Part shown: one piece after another, positions 53,647 to 64,000 of the stretch
Layout: each line of letters opens with the position of its first letter
Position numbering within the stretch: the stretch's first letter is position 1
Assembly (NCBI RefSeq): GCF_001194135.2
Contig: NC_069003.1
Span: 1,237,624-1,301,623, forward strand
Direction of reading: 5' to 3'
From: Octopus bimaculoides
Taxonomy: Eukaryota
DNA length: 64,000 bases
Translations under genes and position numbers: made by a program
Notes under the pieces: model-generated
Database searches by the model: none
What the model saw: only the letters and a program-made list of their open reading frames with translations
Told to the model about the DNA's origin: nothing

Positions 53647-55421
53647 TATATTCATAAACAAGTATGTGTGTGTGTGCGTGTGAATCTCTCTTGAGTCGCC
53701 GGAAGCGATAATTTACAGGACTCAATACAAATGCAAAGTGCTCTTTAATATAACAGGTGTTCCCGCGTTTCAGTGTTCAGACTTACACGTTTTTGATCTT
53801 AGGACTTACTATAACAAACTCACATAATATACAGACGCAGTAGATTGTGTACAGTGCTAGGCACTGCACTTATGTTACCTTTAATAGTTTCAATCGCAAA
53901 TAATATATTAAAGCAAATCAAAAATTGCCGGCGACCAAGAAATAAAGAAAGCTGCGATGACTTGTTCCGTGTCAAGTAATAAAAATAAAACTATTGTAGA
54001 ATAAATATAACTATAATAATTAATAATAATTTTAATAGAGGCATGTCAAGTAATTGCTGACCTTCATGGCAATTTAAGTCTAATAATAATAATATAATAA
54101 TAATAATAATAATGATGATTATGATGGGCTGGTGGTGATACTGGTAGCGGTGGATTCGGCGGTGACGATGGCGGTGGTAATATATTTATTTTCAGTGGAA
54201 TCCCCTCACAAAGAGAATGGTTGTCATCGCTATTATTTCATTTTGTATTATCACCTCACCTCTGACTTCTTGTGTTAAAAGCAAACCGTTTGTTGATATC
54301 ACTGACGTGAGATGGTCATAAACCATATTTTATATGGCAATAACTAGAATCGTTTTGCGAAAGTTGATCATTCATATTGGACAATTTATTGCAAAGACTT
54401 CGATGCTTTCTGAAGGAGAAGATATCTCATCAAGAGAAGTAGTACATCATTAGATAACGATATTGAAATTGAGGAAGCAGAATATATTTCAATGTGAAAA
54501 TATCTCGATATCTGAGAATAAAGGAAAAAAGACAGGGTTAAACAAGATATACTCGAATAAATGAGGAAAATATGAGAAAAGGATAAAGAGTATTACTGGA
54601 GAAGTAGATCAGTGATGAAGACAAAGAAGATGGTATTATAGCAATAAATTACGAGACATAAATATAGCGGTTGAAAGTCAGTAGTAAACTAGATTGCTTA
54701 TAATACTGTCTGTGTGATCAAGCTCTATATGAGACTATATAGTTCAAGGTTCAATTTCCACCTCACGGACGTACGCCTCCAGATATTCAGTCTTCTGCAT
54801 TACTAACACCTTTTCACGATCAACCTCACCCACTCATACATAAACGCCCCCATATTAATTTATCCACCACCATCCTCGCATATACGTACACCATTCCAAT
54901 ACTAATTCATTTTGAGGCATATATTCACCTTATATTCTGTTCACTGTAATCCATTCCAAACACGGGCCTACGTTTGATCCGTTATAATTCTATATTCTTA
55001 AATACATTTTATTCTTAGTAAAATTCATTTCCGCTTTCGTCTATTTATACTATTTATATCTATTTTCGCAAATGATAAACTGTCGGAAACATTGAAATAA
55101 TTTTTTCCTTTTACAACCAAATAAGAATGTGTACATGTCTACAGCGATTTTCTCTTCACGCACACACGCATATATATATGTGTGTGGGTGTGTTATTATA
55201 AGTCCAAGGATCGAAGTGTAAGAAGATACCCATCTTCAAGCAGTCCGTGGTAGGTATGAAAACGGCGTTGAAGAACATTTATGTATTCAAGGTATCTTCG
55301 AGTGGCCTGATGATTAGGTAGCTGTGTGCCCCTCGTTGAGTAACTGTTACATCAGAGGATCTGTAAATTAAGAAACGTATGCAGGCTGGATTTTCCCTCC
55401 TTCACACTCTCAATTTGGAAT

Positions 55422-55452
<31 letters not shown>

Positions 55453-55456
<4 letters not shown>

Positions 55457-55853
55457 CGCAGAAGTGACTGTGTGGTAAGTACCTTGCTTACCAACCACAT
55501 GGTTCCGAGTTCAGTCCCTCTGCGTGGCACGTTGGGCAAGTGTCTTCTACTATAACCTCGGGCTAACCAAAGCCTTGTGAATGGATTTGGTAGGCGGAAA
55601 CTGAAAGAATATATGTATATATATATGTATGTATATATGTGTGTGTTTGCATATGTTTGCGTGTCTGTGTTTAGCCCCCCACCCAATATCGCCTGATAAA
55701 CGATGCTGGTGTGTTTACGTCCCCTAGGCAAAACAGACGGATAGAGTAAAGTACTTACCAATAAGGCTTACCAAGAAGGATTTGCTCGACCAAAACTAGC
55801 GCTCCAGCAAGGCCGCTGTCAAATGTCTGAAAGAATTAAAAGTATAAAAGAAT
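55453..55853 (+). mobile_element. SINE family A, near full length, inserted in (TA)n
   Basis: Collinear with 5243-5646. Confidence 0.9.
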
Positions 55854-56929
55854 ATACATCTATTTACACATATATACATCTGAGTATGATTTACGCGACG
55901 GAAGTCGTTATCCCAAAGTAATACTCAACGACTAATATGACTTGCTGGGGGCTACGACCAACGTCTTACATACATAAGAATAGAGACTGCATTGCGGCTA
56001 AACAAAGCAAACATGTAAATAAATATACACATATGTAATTTGTTCAATAATTTTACATCGGTGTACACCCGAGAGTGTTTACATGTTGACAATCTGTGTG
56101 TGTGTGCTAATACACATATGCGTATACTTTTTGCAGATGTCTGCGATTGTGTATGTATATATTTTCGCTATAGAATGAGGGATTACCATTTTAAGAGAAG
56201 TGGTTTCTGAAGCGTGAAATGATACGGCAATATCAAAGAGCATTCTTTCTAATATAAAGTCCGTTGTCGAATTTTAATTGTTAATGCAGAATATACAGGG
56301 AAATGATTGCAAAAACAGCTCTGTCTACCCCATTGTTGTTTTAAGATGAACCAGGTGGCAACGTTTTATAAATAGGCAATAATATAAACATACACCCGAT
56401 AATGCTTCTCTAAGTTACAGAGGGGATCCTATATCGTGAAGTGGCTTAGAATATGAATTACATATGATAAAAAGAAAAGAGAATTAGGTGAAACGCGTGG
56501 CGCGTTGTCTCATTTCTCTACCGATGAAAATTATTATGTTTTAGCAATTAAAATGATGATGTTTCACTTGTGTTGCATATGTGAATATAATATAGTTATT
56601 TAATACATATTTCATGTATCTATCTAATATATCTATCTAATATATCTATCTATCTATCTAATATATCTATCTATCTATCTGCATGTAAAATGTAAGGTAT
56701 CTGAATCATACGAGAATAATAAATGACAAAAGTGCGCTAATTCGCGATACATATTTACATAGGTACATACTCACACACACACACCTATTTCTATTTATAT
56801 ATATATATACGCGCGTTCATATGTGTGTACGTATATATCTTTATATGTACATACATACATATATACATACATATATATATATATATATAAATAAATAAAC
56901 ATGTTTTATCTTTTTTAGTAATCGTTTCT

Positions 56930-57105
56930 GTCATTAGTGTGCGGCACGGTTGTATTGGGGAACCGCCTTAAAGTAATTCTAGTCAACTGAATCGACCCCG
57001 GTACTCTATATTTTTTTGTTAAAGTCTGGTGCGCATTCTGTCGGTCTCGGGGGCCGACTCGCTAAGTTACGTCAGCGTAAATATACCAATACCGCTTGAC
57101 AAAAT
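56930..57105 (-). mobile_element. SINE family A, old 3' half
   Basis: Degenerate match (aatcgacccc..cgctaagttacg..gcttgacaa) to 53290-53440. Confidence 0.65.
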
Positions 57106-57973
57106 GGGCGCGGGCAAACACAGGCACAGAGACACACACATGCACACAGATACAAATATGTATGTGTGTGTGTGTGTATTTGTGTGTGAGAGTGTGCGGG
57201 TGGGTGTACGTGGGTGGGTACGTGCACACACGCACACACACACGCACACACACACACACACACACGCACGCATCTGTATGCGATGAAAGAGGGACTGCAA
57301 TGTAAAACTTTTAGTTTACATTAAAATAGCAATTAGGAGCAATGATGATGAAAATAATCCTTAAACAATTAACACGCTTGAAGAGACATAAATGTGGAAT
57401 GACCATGACTGCAGTAATTATCTTTAAAGTGTATTTCTCTCTATAGAAATGTGTATAGAATTGCCCCGGTGCGTACCGATTCAATATAATTCTCTCCATG
57501 TACATAATTCGGCATGCATTTTCCACACGGCCTAAAGCTCTAAAGTCCTCGCAGCCAACGTATTGCTATTTTAGTGGAGGAGTAAATTAAATATAAATAC
57601 ACACAGCTACATTTTAATTATCGCTGCCTAGAGTCTCTTAAATGCATTATTTCCAACATGACAGAATTTTTCAAACACTTGTAAATTTATTACTCACTTT
57701 TTTCTCTTATTGTAGGTTATGAAAGATAGATTTTTAATAACTCTTATTTAAAAGAAAAAAAAAACACCTGTACTACTTTCTGGTGATATGTTTTATATCC
57801 TAGCTTGTGGTTTCACATTATATTGGAGAATATCTCATGGGACACAGTTAATGCATCTACAGTAATTGCTAATATATTGTTTCCATAAAAATGTTTATTA
57901 AATATATATATTTTTTTGTCAAGCGCACATTATCTAACATAGGACATAATGCTTTGAGTAAATTGAACGGGCA

Positions 57974-58019
<46 letters not shown>

Positions 58020-58056
58020 TATCTCTCTCTCTCTCTTCTATCTCTCTCTCTCTTTC

Positions 58057-58088
<32 letters not shown>

Positions 58089-58396
58089 CACATAAATATA
58101 ATCATGCGCCCACGTACGTGTGTGTCTGTGTTTGTGTGCGCGCTTTTGTTTGTGTGTGTTTATATGTGGTGTGTGTGTGTTTGTGTGTGTTTAATTCATC
58201 TCCACACTATAATATAAACCATCTTTAATATAATAGAACACTTATCTAAGCAAGTTTTATGTGTGTTCTTAATTATGTAACAAACATTATTCCAGCTATG
58301 AAACCTATGTAGTCTTTGTTTACCCTTTCCATTGCTTACATTCTCGGACTTTTATTCGCATTTTAACAACTTTAATTTGCAAAAGCGCAATTTTCA

Positions 58397-58727
58397 CTGA
58401 ACAGCCTGCTCGTGAAATTAACGTGCAAGTGGCTGAGTACTCCACAGACACGTGTACCCTTAACGTAGTTCTCGGAGATATTCAGCGTGACACAGTGTGA
58501 CAAGGCTGACCCTTTGAATTACAGGCACAACAGAAACTGGAAGTAAAAGTGAGAGAAAGTTGTGGTGGAAGAGTACAGCAGGGTTCGCCACCATCCCCTG
58601 CCGGAGCCTCGTGGAGCTTTAGGTATTTTCGCTCAATAAACACTCACAACGCCCAGTCTGGGAATCGAAATCGTGATCCTATGATCGTGAGTCCGCTGTC
58701 CTAACCACTGGGCCATTGCGCCTCCAC
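58397..58727 (-). mobile_element. SINE family C, lacking the extreme 3' tail
   Basis: Reverse complement is collinear with 40601-40915. Confidence 0.9.
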
Positions 58728-59464
58728 TAACGTGTACATTCTGCATCAAAAGCCAATATGAGAGTTTCTCTCGTGGTAACTACCGCAGTAGAACTTCTTC
58801 TAACTGAATATCCACAGTTAAGTGGGGCTAAATATTCCCTCTCAGTATATATTTATGTATGTACTCAGGTTTCTATTATGTTACATTCTCTGGAATTGAT
58901 TTCACTACATACTGGACTTGCCTAAGACGATAGTAGAAAGAAAAAGAATTTGACCAATGTATTTCACTTTTGGATCGAAGACAGCGCCGCACGTAGTTGT
59001 AAAACGAATTTCTTATCGCAACCTTGCTGTCTATATCGAAATGTACTCCATCTGATTAATATGCATTCTAATCACTAAATACACATTCGGCAGCATAACT
59101 GGCTTGTTATCTTGCAACTGGCATCTGAAATAAATTCAATCTGTCAGTAAATCTCTTATTTCACGCACACAAGTGTTTAATTTAGTAACCTTACATTATG
59201 AGTAGTTAGCTATTAATTAAACACGTTGCAGACACTCTACAGGTCGCCGAAAATCCTTAAAAGAATGCAAATTGGTTTATTTGTTTTATCTTTAGCTTTT
59301 TTCTCAAAAGACACATTCTCCAAGTCATTCATCAATTATCGATAAATAATATTTTCTTTGTCTCTCACTAATCTTTTCTTTCTGTCTAATTCTTTCTCTC
59401 TTTGTCTGTCTGTGTGTCCCTGTCTCTCGCTCACAATCTCTCCCTTTCTCTCTCTCTCTGTATG

Positions 59465-59495
<31 letters not shown>

Positions 59496-60550
59496 ATATN
59501 NNNNNNNNNNNNNNNNNNNNNNNNNNNNNNNNNNNNNNNNNNNNNNNNNNNNNNNNNNNNNNNNNNNNNNNNNNNNNNNNNNTATATATATATATATATA
59601 TTTTTTTTTTCATGTATGTATGTACATATACCCGTTGGTGCTTCTGGAGTCATTAATCATATTTTCTGAGATATTACTACTGAAATATTATATAGATGAC
59701 ATCGCAAACAAATTTGATATGTCACTAAATTAACTTCCCTTACTCCAATAAGTGTTGATGTCGAGTGTTAACATAGCAACATGCTATCTAATATTTCATT
59801 CAATACTAACACAATGCTGTCAGCCAATAAATTTCAATTTATTTAAATAGCGCAAATAATGAAGCAAGCAAAACATAATCAACAAAAGAGTGCGTTAGTG
59901 TTTAATTCTGGTCTAGGAAGTTAGGGGAAATAACTCTTGAACGAATTGATATTGAAGCCAGAATTTTGCAGATGTTTTTTTTTTTTCATTTTTTTTCTTT
60001 TCTCTTTTGAGAAATCGGAAAATTCTTTGAAAGTTCTTCATCTGTCCAAGCTGTTGTTTAGCATTGTAAGCCAGCAATAGACATCTCATTTAACATATTA
60101 GGAAATGATATTTGGATTAATTAGTTAAATCATTAAATGTAATTTTATCTACGTAATTGCTCTAACTATCATGTTAATGGCATTCATAGACGTATTTGAT
60201 ATAATTTAGTAAATTACATTATTGCATCTAAACAATTGTGGAATTCTTATACCAGCTTAATAATATAAACACCAACGTTCGGCAAGTTGCAGAGATGTTG
60301 GATTTGTCTGATGAGTTTTAAGAATGTGTTCAGCATCGTTTTCCCTAATAATGGCGTAACAAATACTACAGATTATTAAGATCCACACAAGGTCACAGAT
60401 CGCATTTCAGGCTCTGGGGATTGGATCAAAACTCAGTACATGACTGGAACGTTGTTTCATTAACCATTCAAGTATTAATGGTAATGTCGTGCAGGGCAGG
60501 TCTCGACCACAGAATTTTAATGTGTGCAGCTGAATAGTGGTTTCAAATTT

Positions 60551-60757
60551 TGGCACAAGGCCAGCAATTGTTTTGGGGGTGTGGTGGGGTGAATAAATCA
60601 TTTACATCGAACCCAGTAATCAACTGCTACTCAATTTATCGATCCTGAAAGAATGAAATACAAAGACGACCACGTCGTAATTTTAACGGAGAATGTAAAG
60701 ACGGACGAAATGCTGCTAAGTATTTTGTCCGGCGTGCTAACGATTCTGTCATCTCTC
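60551..60757 (-). mobile_element. Old SINE family B copy
   Basis: ggcacaaggcc..tacatcgaacccagt..tttatcgatcctgaaagaatgaaa..gctaagtattttgtccggcgtgctaacgattctg. Confidence 0.75.
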
Positions 60758-60977
60758 TCCCTTTGCAGCTAGCTATTGCAAAATATTTTGTCCTCTGCTC
60801 TGACAATCAATACTAACAAATCATTGGCCTTAAAATGGTAAGAAATACTTCTTACCAATACACGTTGCTTTTTTTTTGGGGGGGGGAGGGATTATACAAT
60901 ATATTCTTGAATATGATTAACATTGAAATAATTTAATATAAATCCAAGATTTCAGACAAGTATGTGCGCGGGCGGGC

Positions 60978-61025
<48 letters not shown>

Positions 61026-61113
61026 NNNNNNNNNNNNNNNNNNNNNNNNNNNNNNNNNNNNNNNNNNNNNNNNNNNNNNNNNNNNNNNNNNNNNNNNNNN
61101 NNNNNNNNNNNNN

Positions 61114-61191
61114 AATTCTTATAAATGCACACACAGATATATATCTGTGTGTGTGTATGTATATATATCTGTGTGTGCATTTATAAGAATT
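61114..61191. repeat. Perfect 31-bp inverted repeat abutting a gap
   Basis: AATTCTTATAAATGCACACACAGATATATAT (61114-61144) is the exact reverse complement of 61161-61191; 16-nt spacer. Confidence 0.9.
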
Positions 61192-62000
61192 CAGATACTC
61201 ACACACGTATACACTTGAATCACTCAAGCGTATGCGTAACATATGCTCCCTCTTGCACAAATCTATGTATGCGCGTATATATTTAAGTATGCAGGCGACT
61301 CGCTTTCGAAGGAAATGGTATCTATCGTATTTATAAATAAGTGTATGCATTATACACGTTTGCCGCCGAGGAGTTTATTATTTTTTTTATCTAGCGTAAG
61401 TAAAATTTAATTAACAAAACATATATGTCGTTTTTGAAAGTAAATTTTCTGATAATTCTCACATACCTATTGATTATATATAATACTAAGATGATAGCTT
61501 ACCACGAGAATTTACAAATATTGGTAAATTTCGAAAATATATATTTAATAAATTGCCTAAAATTTGACAGATCCTTTACGAGGAATTTACATTAAATGGC
61601 TAATTTCTTGACAGCAATAACGAATTTTTACACATACCTGCTGTGCCTTGTATAATATATATCAGTATATAAAGATCAATATGATTTTAATGAATGTATC
61701 AGTTTCGAATTTTCTTTGATAATATAAGTAAACACATTTCTCAACAAACGAGTTTATTAAATTTTGTTGAAATTAAAGTAATAAATTTAATTATATGTAT
61801 TTGTATTCTAAATAGCATAATAATCAAATTTCGACATGATACACAAGATTTAACGTATTCAAGAAGATCAAATTGCTGTAAACAAGGGGAAACGTACCAC
61901 TGATTTTTGATGTATACATGTCTTATACATATATATATACATACATACACACACACATATATATATATATATATTGAATAGGCTCCTGTAAAGCGAAGAC

Positions 62001-62045
<45 letters not shown>

Positions 62046-62338
62046 GTAGATAACATAGTATACCTTACATTTACATACGTTAACGCCCACACAGGTGTGT
62101 GAGTATGATGTACGTTCGTATACACAAACTCACGAACGCACACACATACAGACGCATATTATATTAAAAATAAATAAAGGTGCGCAGCAAACCGCTATAC
62201 AAAACTGTACAGGAAAATTTTAGTCGTCACAAATCTGTAGATGCTTAAATCTAAATTATTTCTAAAAGAAGACTTAAAACTTCTTATACCTACGTGATAA
62301 ACACATTTATGTATACTGACACAATTGCTAACTGACCC

Positions 62339-62419
62339 GCTAGCAAAAGTAGAACACTGGACCGTGGTTTCGTCCTGTATTTGGGACTAATCATCATTGC
62401 GACTACCTACTTTCCTAGC
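62339..62419 (-). ncRNA. Type I hammerhead ribozyme fold with variant core (A3-U8); activity unknown
   Basis: Minus strand reads GCUAG G AAA GUAG GUAGUC GCAAUG AUGAUUA GUCC CAAAUACA GGAC GAAA C CACG GUC CAGUGU U CUAC UUU U G CUAGC. Helix II is GUCC/GGAC (62387-62384/62375-62372); GAAAC 62371-62367; GUC 62362-62360; proximal helix I GCAAUG/CAGUGU with one A-G mismatch; distal helix I about 13 bp. Confidence 0.75.
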
Positions 62420-63467
62420 TAAAGATCAGTGATGGACAAAATACCCACGCTGAGCTATTGAGGAACCTTCAAGTTCAGGCTTATACTTGTATTTATTAGG
62501 CTATGGTAAAAGCCAGGTTAATTATGGAATATTTGCTCACTTGTTACATTGACTGGTAGAATCATAGGTAAATAAGCATCTGGAGGAAATTGTATCTAAC
62601 GACGCTATAGTTCACCAGTTGCCACATGTAACAATATATAAATAAATATGAACAAACAACATTACTCCAGTGAATAACTTCAACTTTCTTTAAATTCCAA
62701 TAATAAGTCAATGCAACTTACAAAGTAATAAACATAAAATAAACGCAACAATTTAATCGCCTATCCATAAGTGTATGTTTAATCTTTATTCTATTTATTA
62801 CTCAATTTTTATACGTCAAACTCAATCTAATCTTTCCTACAACAAGAAACATATTAGATATGATTTATAAGACAAATTTAGCTCCTTCCGGTAAATCACG
62901 TGCTCACTGAAACGAAAAGCACAATGAAAAAATTATAAGAGAGGACACAAACAATATAAATCTTCTTAAATCTTCTTATATATTTTAAATTTAAATTTGA
63001 ACCGTATGCCCTATAATGCTAGATTAACAAGAAAATACATTTTCAATTGATCATAGGTATATAAACTGGAGGGGGGGGGAGACTCAATCCAAGATCCGTA
63101 ATTTTATATTCAATTTTTCCTCACGTACACTTACATATGCATGAGCACATTTATATATACACATTCATATATATATACACAAACACACACACTCATACAC
63201 ACACACACATATATATATGGAATATATATGTACATACGAAATTTATTTATTTATGCGCACGCAAATATATGTGTATGCGTATAGATTTATGTATGTTTGT
63301 GCTTATACACGAGGAAAAGTTATAGAATATAGAAAAATAAATAACTTATATTATAATCTACCGTTTCCTGAATTACAATTTTGAATATCACTTTCCAGTT
63401 TATTTAAACAAAAGGAAACTTCAGTTTCAGTATTACCGTTATAGATAAATATCCAATTTTTAATCCG

Positions 63468-63513
<46 letters not shown>

Positions 63514-63829
63514 TGTGTGTACATACCCGTGTATGCACATAAATGTGAAACAAGGTGGAAAAATATTATTAGAATACCAGAGGTAGAGTAATATGCTTTT
63601 TAAAGTATCTGCTTTGATTTGCCATATGCTTTAAAAAATTATATATATATGCGTAAGTGTGCATGTGTTATACACACAGACACGAGCACACGCACACACA
63701 CACACATATATATATATATATGTATGTATACACATGCGTGTACATATATATATATATACATATATATATAAATATACATGTATACATATGCGTATATATC
63801 TATACACGTGTACAAATGTGTGTGAGTAT

Positions 63830-63961
63830 GGTTACCGACCACATGGTTCCAGGTTCAGTCCTACTGCGTGGCATCTTGGCCCACTCTCCCCTACAATATC
63901 TTCGGGCAGCCCGAAGCCTTGTGGACGGATTTGGTAGACGGAATCCAAAAGAAGCCCGTCG

Positions 63962-63965
<4 letters not shown>
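63830..63965 (+). mobile_element. SINE family A, 5' half
   Basis: accacatggttccaggttcagtcctactgcgtggca..aagccttgtggacggatttggtagacggaa..aagaagcccgtcgtata. Confidence 0.85.
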
Positions 63966-63999
<34 letters not shown>

Positions 64000-64000
64000 A

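Noticed and set aside
55307-55380. CTGATGA..GAAAC
   Set aside because: No consistent helices, and the homolog at 2442-2510 lacks the core.

Overview
AT-rich, microsatellite-dense eukaryotic draft-assembly window with 12 N-gaps. It is intergenic or deep-intronic: no confidently assignable host protein-coding gene, no prokaryotic features, no CRISPR. The SINE repertoire suggests an octopus or related coleoid cephalopod; this is inferred from recalled repeat families, not from a database search. Content: about 20 tRNA-derived SINE copies from at least 3 modular families; a truncated Ty3/Gypsy element (5' LTR, tRNA-Ser-type PBS, decayed gag) fused directly to a near-complete initiator tRNA-Met; an L1/Tx1-type zf-RVT fragment; two small mariner-derived elements with TIRs; a ~370-bp fold-back palindrome; mini- and microsatellites; and weak exon candidates near 48-49 kb. 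Best novel signal: an 81-nt type I hammerhead ribozyme fold on the minus strand (62339-62419). It has an extended helix I, GUCC/GGAC helix II, GAAAC and a GUC cleavage triplet, but the core reads AUGAUUA instead of CUGANGA, so the C3-G8 pair is replaced by A3-U8. Almost all ORFs in the supplied track are microsatellite or gap artefacts.
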